Below are positions 10,853-19,778 of a stretch of DNA of 64,000 nucleotides, in pieces. The translations under genes were made by a program, and so were the position numbers. Positions within the stretch are counted from its first letter, which is position 1; each line of letters begins with the position of its first letter. The notes below the pieces were generated by a model. That model had not been told where the DNA came from and did no database searches. It saw only the letters and a program-made list of their open reading frames with translations. Location: positions 1,078,587 through 1,142,586 of the forward strand of contig OZ257137.1 of assembly GCA_965279115.1 (NCBI GenBank), in the 5' to 3' direction. Source of the stretch: Burkholderiales bacterium (GTDB taxonomy: Bacteria; Pseudomonadota; Gammaproteobacteria; Burkholderiales; JAEUOS01).

Positions 10853-10885
10853 ATTATAGCAGTCTTTCAAATCACGACTTTCAAA
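10853..10885 (-). promoter_or_regulatory. Candidate cox operon promoter: extended -10 (TGCTATAAT) preceded by two TTTGAAAG direct repeats
   Basis: The minus strand reads TTTGAAAGtcgtgaTTTGAAAGacTGCTATAAT. The -10 lies at 10853-10858 and the repeats at 10864-10871 and 10878-10885, about 63 nt upstream of the 10790 start. Confidence 0.35.
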
Positions 10886-11097
10886 CGCCACGCCGGGGCC
10901 GGCGTTGCTCCGAAATGCGTCAAGACCACAATACGCGCGTGGGCAAAGCATGCGGGATCAAGCCCAAAACGTGACGGATATCACGCCCCATTGCAGGGCG
11001 CGATCTGATCATGCCGCGGCGTTCCCGCTGCACCCGATACGCCGGCCGGCGGCCCGCGATCGCGCTGCCGGCGTCCGGGGCACCCTTCCGGCGTCCG

Positions 11098-12390
11098 TCA
11101 GCCTTCGACGAACTGCTCGGCCCAGGACAGGGCCTCCAGATGCGCCCGGTTTATCTGTTCGTTGGAGAGCTGAAGGGAGCGCGACAGTTGCTCCACTTCG
11201 TCACCATCGGCGACCTCGCATGCCTCCACCAATTGCAGAAACGGCGCGAGTACGCCGCTGCGCTCGATCAAGGCATCGTTGATATCCGAAGGCAGGACGA
11301 TGTTTTCCAGCGCCTGCTCCATCGGCACACCCAGCATCACGTCGAGCAGCGAAAACACGCCGGCGAGGAACGCGTTGTCGCAATCTTCGACTGGCAGACA
11401 TTGAGCCGCCAGCAATTCCATGAAGCGGGCACGCGTGACGGCGAAACTCGCCACCACCGGCGGCGCAGTGCCACTCTTGATCGAGGTCAGCAGCAGCGCG
11501 GCCCAGCGGAACAGCTTCTTGAGACCCAGGATCATCACCGCATGGCGGAAAGAGGTGACCTCGCAGCCAAGGCCGAAGCCGGCGGAATTGATGTAGCGAA
11601 GCAATTTGAAGGACAACGTCGGATCGCGCTTGAGAAGCTCCTCGATGGTGCCGGGGTCGGCCTCCTTGCGGACCAGGTTGATCAACTGGATCACCGTGGA
11701 GTAGGCGGGGTTCGCGAGCTTGGCGGTGACCGCGGTCGGTCGTTCGAAGTAGTAGCCCTGGAAAAATTTCACGCCCAGCTTCATCAGCAGTTCGAATTCG
11801 GCCGCCGATTCGACCTTTTCGGCGATCACCTGGGCATGCTGATGGTTGCCGGCGATGCGCACGGCGGCCGGAAGGGTTTCCGGCTTGAGCCGACGCATGT
11901 CAAGCTTGATGTAGGACGCGTGGGGTACCCATGAAATATAGGGGCGCGTGAGGACATAGGCGCCAAAGGCGAGCCGGAAACCGCGCATGCGCAGTTGCTC
12001 CAGTATCTCGGCGGTAACCGCGATCAGGTCGGCGGCGTTGTCCTCGATGGCCGGAATCTCCAGCACGATCCGCTCGGGATCGACGATTTCGAGGTGGACG
12101 CCGGTCAGCGTCTCGGTAGTGCAGTTGACGAAAGCGAGTTTCTTGCCAAACAAGGCTTCGCTGCCGATGTTGGAAAGCGCATTGAACATCAGGGCGCTGT
12201 CGGTCGCGGCGGTCATCACCTCGGTGACGGCATCCGCCCCGGGATGCCGGCGATGCAACAGTTCATAGCCGATCACGCCGCGCTTGGCATCGACAATCGG
12301 TTGCCGCGCGATGACCGCGATGTCACCACCAGTCGGAATGAGGGCTGCAGGCCCCATCGGGTCGGGTACTGCGTGGGCGGCCAGGGACAT
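11098..12390 (-). CDS. EAL-HDOD domain signalling protein (EAL appears degenerate)
   Basis: EAL-like N-terminal half (QPIVD...GYELLHR, KLD, EKVE, QGYYFERP) followed by an HDOD-like C-terminal half. Start chosen at MSLAAH (12390) because the 12549 start overlaps bioC. Confidence 0.8.
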   Translation of the reverse strand: MSLAAHAVPDPMGPAALIPTGGDIAVIARQPIVDAKRGVIGYELLHRRHPGADAVTEVMTAATDSALMFNALSNIGSEALFGKKLAFVNCTTETLTGVHLEIVDPERIVLEIPAIEDNAADLIAVTAEILEQLRMRGFRLAFGAYVLTRPYISWVPHASYIKLDMRRLKPETLPAAVRIAGNHQHAQVIAEKVESAAEFELLMKLGVKFFQGYYFERPTAVTAKLANPAYSTVIQLINLVRKEADPGTIEELLKRDPTLSFKLLRYINSAGFGLGCEVTSFRHAVMILGLKKLFRWAALLLTSIKSGTAPPVVASFAVTRARFMELLAAQCLPVEDCDNAFLAGVFSLLDVMLGVPMEQALENIVLPSDINDALIERSGVLAPFLQLVEACEVADGDEVEQLSRSLQLSNEQINRAHLEALSWAEQFVEG

Positions 12391-12475
12391 GTTCGAATCC
12401 TGCGTCAGTCGGATTCCGTGATCTTCCCGCAATCCGTCGCCCGGCCAAGGATGGAGTTGACGCCCGATTGCCCCG

Positions 12476-13414
12476 TTATTTGCGTCGCGGCGTAAAGGTG
12501 ACCACCGCTTCGCCGCGCCCGCTGCGTCGGGGGAGGGACTTCCATGCATGCCCGTAGATCACTTCGAAGGTGGCCGGCAGCCTGCCGCCATTGCGCAAGC
12601 GCTCGTAAGCCCGTCGCACTTCCTGCAACCGGCCGCGGCCGGTGAGCGAGCGCCTGCGCCCGGCCATGGCGTTGGCCGATCCGGTGGAGCGCAAGTCCGC
12701 GAACAAGCCATCCAGCGTTTCGTAGGTCAGCGTCAACACTTCCATGTCCATGACCGGCGCGGAAAAGCCGGCCCGGCCAAGCGCATCGCCGATGTCATGA
12801 AGATCGATGAATCTCTTGACATGCCAGCCGTCGCCGGCCGCCGCGAAACTGTCACGCAATTCCTTGAGGGTATCGGGCCCCAATGCGCTGAACATGATGA
12901 GCCCGCCGGTTTCCAGCACCCGTTGTGCTTCGGATAGCACAGGAAAGGGGTCATCGACCCAGTGCAGGGCCAGGTTCGACCAGGCGAGCCCGAAAACGCC
13001 ATCGGCAAACGGCAGGCTCGCCATGTCGGCATTGACCCCATTGACGGCAGGGTTGCGCGACCGAAGCCAGTGCCGCCACCCGGTGGCTTGCGGAATCGAG
13101 GCCCGTACCATCGCATGGGCGAGATCGACACCGGTCACCCGGGCGGCGGGAAAACGCGCCAGCAATCCGGATGCGGCCGCGCCGGTGCCACAGCCAAGAT
13201 CAATAATGCGGGCCGGATCAAGACGTATCACCTCGAAGCGCTCAAGCATGCGGGAAGCCACTTCCCGGTGCAGGGCATCACCCTGGCCGAATGTCGCCGC
13301 CGCAAGGGAGAAATTGCGCTTGATGGCGGCTCGGTCGGCGAAAAACGGTTCGTCGGCGACGTTGGGCGGACTTTTCACGGTATTGCGATATGGACGGGGT
13401 TGGTAACGCGCCAA
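12476..13414 (-). CDS. bioC: Class I SAM-dependent methyltransferase, BioC-like (malonyl-ACP O-methyltransferase)
   Basis: SAM motif DLGCGTG and a LALHWV motif. N-terminal FSLAAATF...LHREVA pattern typical of BioC. Divergent from comF. Confidence 0.65.
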   Translation of the reverse strand: MARYQPRPYRNTVKSPPNVADEPFFADRAAIKRNFSLAAATFGQGDALHREVASRMLERFEVIRLDPARIIDLGCGTGAAASGLLARFPAARVTGVDLAHAMVRASIPQATGWRHWLRSRNPAVNGVNADMASLPFADGVFGLAWSNLALHWVDDPFPVLSEAQRVLETGGLIMFSALGPDTLKELRDSFAAAGDGWHVKRFIDLHDIGDALGRAGFSAPVMDMEVLTLTYETLDGLFADLRSTGSANAMAGRRRSLTGRGRLQEVRRAYERLRNGGRLPATFEVIYGHAWKSLPRRSGRGEAVVTFTPRRK

Positions 13415-13496
13415 GCTTCTGGCCGATAATCAGATGATTGCGGCGACCGGCGCACGAATCCCTATTGTCGCCTGCTGCACGCCACCGGAACGCGTG

Positions 13497-14186
13497 ATGG
13501 GCATCTTCGGCTTTCTTGAACGGACGGACATCGCGCAGGACTGTCGCCTTTGCGGGCAGTCCTCGCTGCGCGCAATCTGTGCTGGATGCGACCACGACCT
13601 GTCACGCCTGCCGGCGATGCACTGCAGGATCTGCGCGCTGCCCCTGCCGGCAGCTTCGGTTTGCGGCAGATGCCTCGCCCACCCGCCCTCTTTCGACGCC
13701 ACATGCGCGGCACTTCGCTACGAGTTCCCGGCTACCCACCTGATCCAGGCCTTCAAGTACGCCGGCGCGGTTGGCTTGGCCAGCACCCTGGCAACCTATC
13801 TTGAGGGCGCCATCCGCGCCACCGGTGAGGAGATGCCTGACCTTCTGATGGCCATGCCGCTGGCAAGGACCCGGCTCGCCGAACGCGGCTACAACCAGGC
13901 CCGCGAGATCGCGCGCTTGCTGGGCAAAAACATGGGCCTGCGACTGGATACCAACAGTGTTGTCCGCATCCGCCACGGAGCGCCACAAGCAGAACTGCCC
14001 ATGCCCGAACGGCGCCGCAACGTGCGCGGCGCCTTTGTGTCCAGGCGCGATTTCACGGGGCTCGACGTGGCCGTGGTCGATGACGTCATGACAACGGGCG
14101 CGACGCTTGACGAATTGGCCGGCGTGCTCAAGGCCGCGGGTGCAAAACGGGTCCGCAACTGGGTGGTCGCACGTACACCCCTGTAG
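13497..14186 (+). CDS. comF: ComF family protein (phosphoribosyltransferase domain)
   Basis: N-terminal four-Cys pattern (CRLCG...CAGC...CRIC...CGRC) and a C-terminal PRTase motif VAVVDDVMTTGATL. The start is uncertain (13434 or 13497). Confidence 0.75.
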   Translation: MGIFGFLERTDIAQDCRLCGQSSLRAICAGCDHDLSRLPAMHCRICALPLPAASVCGRCLAHPPSFDATCAALRYEFPATHLIQAFKYAGAVGLASTLATYLEGAIRATGEEMPDLLMAMPLARTRLAERGYNQAREIARLLGKNMGLRLDTNSVVRIRHGAPQAELPMPERRRNVRGAFVSRRDFTGLDVAVVDDVMTTGATLDELAGVLKAAGAKRVRNWVVARTPL

Positions 14187-14339
14187 TGCCGCAAGCCGGG
14201 CATGCCGGGTCGGCAAGCATCTGCGCCACTTCACATGAAATAGAATGAAAAGCTTCCCTGCCGGCGGGCTGAAACCTTGAATCAGGCCGCCCGGGCCCCG
14301 ATCTATCCGCAACGACCGTTTTCCGGAAACCCGCCGCTC

Positions 14340-15308
14340 ATGAACGCCCCCGCCAATACCGCCTCGCCCCAGGTCATAGACGTCACCGAAGCCACCTTTG
14401 ACCATGAGGTCATGGAGGCATCGATGCAGATGCCGGTGGTGATCGACTTCTGGGCCCCGTGGTGCGGCCCGTGCCGCGCGCTCTCCCCGGTGCTGGAGAA
14501 GCTGGCGGGCGAGTATGCCGGCCGGGTCAAGGTGGTGAAGATCAATTCCGACGAGAACATGGGCTTGTCGCAGGCATTCGGGGTGCGCAGCATCCCCTAC
14601 GTGGCCGCACTGGTGGGCGGCCAATTGGCGGCGCAATTCATGGGTGCCAAGCCCGAGGGCCAGGTCAAGGCCTTTTTCGACCAGGTACTGAAGGCGTTTT
14701 CGCAGGCCCTGCCGGAAGCCGCGCAGGCGCTCGAAGCCGCCGCCGCCAACGCGGCGCCACCACTGAGTCCTGCAGAAACCAAGCGCGGCCAGGCGGCACA
14801 GCTGGCCGGACGCGGCGACCTGGATGGCGCGATCGCCTGCCTTAACGAAGCCCTTGCCCTCGAACCCACCCTCACCGCGGCCCGGCTCGACCTGGCGGAG
14901 GTCGAAATGGCAGCCGACCGCTTCGATGCGGCGCGCGTGCACCTGGACGCGGCCGAGCCTAAATCCGACGACCGCGAATCCGTCCTGCGCCTGGATTCGC
15001 TCAAGGCCCGCCTGGTCACGCTTGATGCCGTCAAGGACCTCCCGGCCACAGCCGAACTGGAAGCCGCGCTAGCCGCCCGTCCCGACGACCTGCGCATCCG
15101 CTTCGACCTGGCGCATGCGCAGATCGCCGAGGGCGATTTCGAAACCGCGCTGGAAAACCTGATGACCATCCTGCAAACCGACCGCAAGTGGAACGAGGAA
15201 GGCGCGCGCAAGGCAATGATCAACGTCTTCAACCTGCTGTCGGGCAACGAGGAGGCGCACGACCTGGTTTCGAAGTACCGTCGCCGCCTGGCGACCGCAC
15301 TCAACTAG
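14340..15308 (+). CDS. Thioredoxin-domain plus TPR co-chaperone (YbbN/CnoX-like)
   Basis: WAPWCGPC thioredoxin active site followed by a roughly 200-aa TPR-like helical region. The ATG at 14340 is preferred over the TTG at 14277. Confidence 0.85.
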   Translation: MNAPANTASPQVIDVTEATFDHEVMEASMQMPVVIDFWAPWCGPCRALSPVLEKLAGEYAGRVKVVKINSDENMGLSQAFGVRSIPYVAALVGGQLAAQFMGAKPEGQVKAFFDQVLKAFSQALPEAAQALEAAAANAAPPLSPAETKRGQAAQLAGRGDLDGAIACLNEALALEPTLTAARLDLAEVEMAADRFDAARVHLDAAEPKSDDRESVLRLDSLKARLVTLDAVKDLPATAELEAALAARPDDLRIRFDLAHAQIAEGDFETALENLMTILQTDRKWNEEGARKAMINVFNLLSGNEEAHDLVSKYRRRLATALN

Positions 15309-15352
15309 CGGGGCGCGCTTGCCGCGCGGCGGCGCCGTCGGCAGGAACTTGC

Positions 15353-15817
15353 ATGCTGCACATCATCCTGTTCGAGCCCGAGATCCCGCCGAACACCGGC
15401 AATGTCATCCGGCTGGCGGCCAACACCGGCACCCAATTGCACCTTGTGGAACCGCTCGGTTTCCGCATGGAAGACCGGCAACTCAAGCGCGCCGGGCTTG
15501 ACTACCACGAGTACGCGCGCGTGCGCGTGCACGCCGACTGGGCCACCTGCCGGGCGGCACTGGGAGAACGCCGCCTGTTCGCGCTCTCCACGCGCGGTTC
15601 GAGGAACTACGCGGAAATGTCTTTCCGGGATGAAGACGCATTCGTCTTCGGCCCCGAAACACGCGGGCTGCCGGCAGCGGTACTCGAAGAATTTGCCACC
15701 GAGCGACGCCTGCGGATTCCGATGGTGCCGGAAAACCGCAGCCTCAACCTTTCAAATGCGGTCGCAGTCGTGGTGATGGAAGCCTGGCGCCAGAACGGTT
15801 TCGCCGGCGGCGCCTGA
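15353..15817 (+). CDS. trmL: tRNA (cytidine/uridine-2'-O)-methyltransferase TrmL (SpoU family)
   Basis: MLHIILFEPEIPPNTGNVIRL... and C-terminal SLNLSNAVAVV, which are SPOUT knot motifs. 154 aa. Confidence 0.88.
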   Translation: MLHIILFEPEIPPNTGNVIRLAANTGTQLHLVEPLGFRMEDRQLKRAGLDYHEYARVRVHADWATCRAALGERRLFALSTRGSRNYAEMSFRDEDAFVFGPETRGLPAAVLEEFATERRLRIPMVPENRSLNLSNAVAVVVMEAWRQNGFAGGA

Positions 15818-15835
15818 GGCGACTTGCCTCAATCG

Positions 15836-16822
15836 CTATTCGGAGCGCGGATCACGCGCCAGGAGCGCCGATACCGCCTGGCGCGGTCCGACGCCTTCGA
15901 AAAGGATCTGGCATACCGCGCTGGTGATCGGCATGTCGACTCCATGACGCTTTGCCAATGTGCGGGTCTCACGGGCGGTGTAAACCCCCTCAGCGACATG
16001 ACCGAGTTCAGCGAGGATCTGGTCGAGTCCCTGGCCGTCGGCCAGCCTGCGGCCCACGGTTCGATTGCGTGACAGGTCACCGGTCGCAGTGAGGATCAGG
16101 TCGCCCATGCCGGTCAAACCCATGAAGGTCTCGGCGCGCGCACCGAGAGCCGCGCCCAGCCTGGCCATTTCGGCCAGGCCACGGGTGATCAAGGCCGCGC
16201 GGGCGTTGAGCCCGAGTCCCAGGCCGTCGCTGATGCCTGCCGCAAGGGCGATCACGTTCTTGACCGCACCGCCCACTTCGACTCCAGCGATGTCCCCGCT
16301 CGAGTACACGCGAATGTTGCCACCATGCAGTTCCTGCGCCGTGGACGACGCGAAGGCGGTATCGGACGAAGCGAGGGTGAGCGCGACCGGCAGCCCCTGC
16401 GCCACCTCGGCCGCGAAGCTCGGCCCCGACAACACGCCGCGCGGCCATGCCGCCGGCAGTGTCTCGGCCGCAATCTGGTGCGGCAAGCTTGACGTGCCTT
16501 GCTCGAAGCCTTTGCACAGCCAAACCACCGGCACCGCTGCGCCGGCATCGGCAATACGCTCAAGGGTCGCGCGCAAACCTGCAACCGCGGGTGCGGCGAT
16601 CACGATGGCCGCACCCGCGGCAACAGCGAAGTCCTCGACCGGCACGACCTCAGGCGGCAGACGCACCCCGGGCAGGAAAACCGCATTCTCGCCCCGCTCG
16701 CGCATGGTCGCAGCCAGGCCGTGCTCGCGGGCCCAAAGCGCCACCCGCCGTCCGGGTCGCTTTGCCAGCGCAATCGCAATCGCGGTACCCCAGGCTCCGG
16801 CACCAAGTACGCCGATATCCAT
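15836..16822 (-). CDS. gpsA: NAD(P)H-dependent glycerol-3-phosphate dehydrogenase
   Basis: Starts [14 protein letters not shown] (Rossmann GxGxxG) and is GpsA-like along its whole length. The upstream in-frame extension is rejected. Confidence 0.92.
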   Translation of the reverse strand: MDIGVLGAGAWGTAIAIALAKRPGRRVALWAREHGLAATMRERGENAVFLPGVRLPPEVVPVEDFAVAAGAAIVIAAPAVAGLRATLERIADAGAAVPVVWLCKGFEQGTSSLPHQIAAETLPAAWPRGVLSGPSFAAEVAQGLPVALTLASSDTAFASSTAQELHGGNIRVYSSGDIAGVEVGGAVKNVIALAAGISDGLGLGLNARAALITRGLAEMARLGAALGARAETFMGLTGMGDLILTATGDLSRNRTVGRRLADGQGLDQILAELGHVAEGVYTARETRTLAKRHGVDMPITSAVCQILFEGVGPRQAVSALLARDPRSE

Positions 16823-16826
16823 TCTT

Positions 16827-17282
16827 CTAGACGCCCCAGACTTGCGAAATGCGCACAAACCCGGTGGCGCCGTCGCGATGGCGAACCCGCACCCAGCCGG
16901 GCGTTCCGGGCGCGGTTTCGACAAGATCGAGAACCACATCGGCGGCGACTTCGAGCACGGCCGGGGACGCGTCATCCGGCCTTTCACGCACCTGCGCCAC
17001 GGCGACACTGACTATCGTGCGGCGCTCGGACACCTGGCGGCGCTCCAGCCAGGCCATGTCGCCAGACCGGTCGCGCACCTTGAGCCAGCTTTCAATGGAG
17101 ACCACCACTTCGAAAGGCATGCCGCGAGGCGCCACGAACAGCTTCTTGCCACGCACCGCAGGCGCGTCGTAGAGGATTGCCGGGGCATCGCCTACGGAGC
17201 GGTACTCCACCGCCTTCTGTGCCGAAACCGGGGCCAGACCCAGAAATACGGAAACGGCCAGACCACTTGCAAGCCGGCGCAT
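16827..17282 (-). CDS. Secreted protein with two bacterial SH3-like repeats
   Basis: Signal peptide [22 protein letters not shown]. Two repeats follow with a W.kVrd..G..aWv pattern. Lies between secB and gpsA. Confidence 0.6.
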   Translation of the reverse strand: MRRLASGLAVSVFLGLAPVSAQKAVEYRSVGDAPAILYDAPAVRGKKLFVAPRGMPFEVVVSIESWLKVRDRSGDMAWLERRQVSERRTIVSVAVAQVRERPDDASPAVLEVAADVVLDLVETAPGTPGWVRVRHRDGATGFVRISQVWGV

Positions 17283-17293
17283 CGCGGCCCCGC

Positions 17294-17794
17294 CTATTGC
17301 ACCGTCATGGTCGCGGGAGCGGCTTCCTGGCCATTGCGACGCGCTTCCTCCATTTGTTGCAGGCGTTGCGCATAGAAAGCTTCGAAATTGACGTTTGGCA
17401 GGTGCAACGCAGGAAATCCCGCCCTGGAGACGACGTCGGCAACATTGGCGCGCAAGTACGGAAACAGGATGCCGGCACAATGGATGCCGAGCAGCGGATC
17501 GATCTGGTCCTGCGGGAAATTGCGGATCTCGAAAATGCCCGCCTGGCGGATTTCCACCAGAAACACCACGCGTTCCTTGAGTTTGGTAGTCACCGTGGCG
17601 GTCACGACCACCTCGTACATGCCCTCATTGAAGTTGGTCGCATCAATGTTGATCTGGGTCTCGAGCGCGGGCGGCTCGGTTTCCAAAAAGATCGCCGGCG
17701 CATGCGGAATCTCGATCGACAGGTCCTTCACGTAGATCTTGTCGAAGTTGAACACTACGGCGGCGCCGGGCGCCTGGTTGTCGGATTCGGCCAT
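17294..17794 (-). CDS. secB: Protein-export chaperone SecB
   Basis: 166 aa. FNFDKIYVKDLSIE...LFPYLR pattern typical of SecB. Conserved grxC-secB-gpsA neighbourhood. Confidence 0.92.
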   Translation of the reverse strand: MAESDNQAPGAAVVFNFDKIYVKDLSIEIPHAPAIFLETEPPALETQINIDATNFNEGMYEVVVTATVTTKLKERVVFLVEIRQAGIFEIRNFPQDQIDPLLGIHCAGILFPYLRANVADVVSRAGFPALHLPNVNFEAFYAQRLQQMEEARRNGQEAAPATMTVQ

Positions 17795-17848
17795 TTTGGT
17801 ATCTCGTTCTAGTAAGGATTGTGGGTGGGTTATGCCTGCAGGGCCGAA

Positions 17849-18121
17849 TCAGGCGCCCTGTGTCGCGAGCAGCGGCGCCAGTCCGCCGGCACGATCGAGC
17901 GCGACCAGGTCGTCGCATCCGCCAATATGCCTGCCACCGATGAATATCTGCGGAACGGTGGTACGCCCGCTCTCCTCGATCATGGTCTTCTTCAGCCCAG
18001 GCTCGAGGTCGATGCGGATCTTGTCGATGTTGTCGACACCGCGCGAGCGCAACAACGCCTCGGCACGGATGCAATATGGGCAGGTGGCTGTCGCGTACAT
18101 GCGAACACTGGTTGCTGGCAT
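17849..18121 (-). CDS. grxC: Glutaredoxin 3
   Basis: 90 aa. CPYC active site, TVPQIFI and GGCDD motifs. Confidence 0.92.
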   Translation of the reverse strand: MPATSVRMYATATCPYCIRAEALLRSRGVDNIDKIRIDLEPGLKKTMIEESGRTTVPQIFIGGRHIGGCDDLVALDRAGGLAPLLATQGA

Positions 18122-18186
18122 GGCTGTTCCGGTGAAAGGATCGGGGTCTGGATTATGGAAAAGTGGCGCGCTGAATCACCTGCCGG

Positions 18187-18600
18187 CTATTTCGACACCG
18201 GCAACCCGGCCTCGCGCCAAGCATTGAGGCCACCGGTGAGCACGTACACATCGGCGAGGCCGAATGCACGCAATTTGTCCGCGGCCGCCGCGGCGCGTTG
18301 CCCGGTGTCGCAACTGACGATCACCGGATGGCTCTTGAGCTTTTCGATCTCGCTGCGGCGCTCGTCGAGCACCTTGACGGGAAAATTCTTCGCGTTGGCG
18401 ATATGGCCGCGCGAATACTCGGCCTGCTCGCGAATGTCTATCACCGTGGCGTCCTTGTGGTTGATCATCTGCGTGGCTTGCAGGGTGCTGACGCGCGCGC
18501 CGCCGCGCGCCCCCGCAACCAGGGGCCAGACCAGCATGGCCCCGGATACGAACGCCACGGCGATCAGGGGCCAATTGTCAATCACGAACTTTTCAATCAC
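18187..18600 (-). CDS. Membrane-anchored single-domain rhodanese (YibN-like)
   Basis: N-terminal TM followed by a rhodanese fold with the active-site loop VSCDTGQRA. GTG at 18600 is preferred because ATG at 18639 overlaps the arsR-like gene. Confidence 0.8.
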   Translation of the reverse strand: MIEKFVIDNWPLIAVAFVSGAMLVWPLVAGARGGARVSTLQATQMINHKDATVIDIREQAEYSRGHIANAKNFPVKVLDERRSEIEKLKSHPVIVSCDTGQRAAAAADKLRAFGLADVYVLTGGLNAWREAGLPVSK

Positions 18601-18617
18601 TTCGATTCCTTGGGACG

Positions 18618-18956
18618 TTAACGACCGGGTACGCCGCAAAACACCTGGCGCATCAGGGACACCAGGTTGATCATGCGGTCGTCGGCGATACGGTAGAAGA
18701 CCTTGTTCGAATCCTTGCGCGTCTTGAGGATCTTCTTGTCCCGCAGGATCGCCAGATGTTGCGAAATATTGCTCTGGGAAGTACCGACGGCTTCGACGAT
18801 CTCCTGGACGGAGATCTCTCCACCTGACAGCAAACAGAGGATTTTCAGCCTGAGCGGATGGGCAATCGCCTTCATCGCCAGGGAAGCCTGCTCGATTTCC
18901 TCCGACCGGCCGATCAGGTCGAAGACGTCCTCAGTCACTTTTTTCGCCGCCGGCAT
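18618..18956 (-). CDS. ArsR/SmtB-family regulator, YgaV-like, with two conserved cysteines
   Basis: wHTH core HPLRLKILCLL...SQSNISQHLAILRD. Cys in helix 2 (ILCLL) and near the C-terminus (QVFCG). Confidence 0.8.
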   Translation of the reverse strand: MPAAKKVTEDVFDLIGRSEEIEQASLAMKAIAHPLRLKILCLLSGGEISVQEIVEAVGTSQSNISQHLAILRDKKILKTRKDSNKVFYRIADDRMINLVSLMRQVFCGVPGR

Positions 18957-19011
18957 CCATGCCCGCCAAGCACAACCCAAACCGCGATTATAAAATAGAG
19001 TGAGTCAACCC

Positions 19012-19773
19012 ATGTCCGACGCCATGTACAAACTCGTAATGATGCGCCACGGCGAATCCGTGTGGAACCGCGAAAACCGCTTCACCGGCTGGACCGACGT
19101 CGACCTCACCGACACAGGGGTCGAGGAAGCCCGGCGTGCCGGCCGCCTGCTGAAGGAAAAGGGCTTCGGCTTCGACAGCACCTTCACTTCGGTGCTCAAG
19201 CGCGCGGTCAAGACCCTCAACACGGCGCTGGAAGAACTCGACCTGCTTTGGCTGCCCACCGAAAAGCACTGGCGCCTGAACGAGCGCCACTATGGAGCCC
19301 TGCAGGGCCTTGACAAGGCGGAAACCGCCGCCAAGTACGGGGATGCGCAGGTACTGGTCTGGCGCCGCGCCTACGCCATTGCGCCCAATCCGCTCACAGG
19401 CGACGACCCGCGCCATCCGCGCTTCGATCCTCGCTACGCCGGCGTCGAGCCGCAACTGCTGCCTGCGACCGAGTGCCTCAAGGATACGGTGGCCCGGGTT
19501 CTGCCCTTCTGGAACGAGCGCATAGCCCCCGCCGTCAAGAGTGGTCAGCGGGTGCTGATCGCCGCCCACGGCAACAGCCTGCGCGCCCTGGTGAAGTACC
19601 TGGACAACGTCGGCGAGGATGAAATAGTCGGCCTCAACATTCCGACCGCGCAGCCGCTGGTCTACGAACTCGATGCCGACCTGCGACCGATCCGGAACTA
19701 CTACCTGGCCGACCCCGAGGAAATCGCCCGCGCGCAAGCCGCGGTGGCCGCACAAGGCAAGGCCCGGGCCTGA
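19012..19773 (+). CDS. gpmA: 2,3-bisphosphoglycerate-dependent phosphoglycerate mutase
   Basis: [12 protein letters not shown] (RHG catalytic motif), [18 protein letters not shown]. Confidence 0.93.
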   Translation: MSDAMYKLVMMRHGESVWNRENRFTGWTDVDLTDTGVEEARRAGRLLKEKGFGFDSTFTSVLKRAVKTLNTALEELDLLWLPTEKHWRLNERHYGALQGLDKAETAAKYGDAQVLVWRRAYAIAPNPLTGDDPRHPRFDPRYAGVEPQLLPATECLKDTVARVLPFWNERIAPAVKSGQRVLIAAHGNSLRALVKYLDNVGEDEIVGLNIPTAQPLVYELDADLRPIRNYYLADPEEIARAQAAVAAQGKARA

Positions 19774-19778
19774 CCCGC

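Noticed and set aside
10905-11934. Plus-strand ORFs 10905-11282 and 11011-11934 in and beside the cox/EAL intergenic region.
   Set aside because: Pro/Arg-rich with no motifs. The second is antisense to the EAL-HDOD gene. The 300-nt region is better explained as the cox operon promoter and leader.
12391-12400. GTTCGAATCC, which matches the tRNA T-loop consensus.
   Set aside because: The flanking bases cannot form a T-stem, and no acceptor or anticodon arms are present. It lies immediately upstream of the EAL-HDOD start codon.
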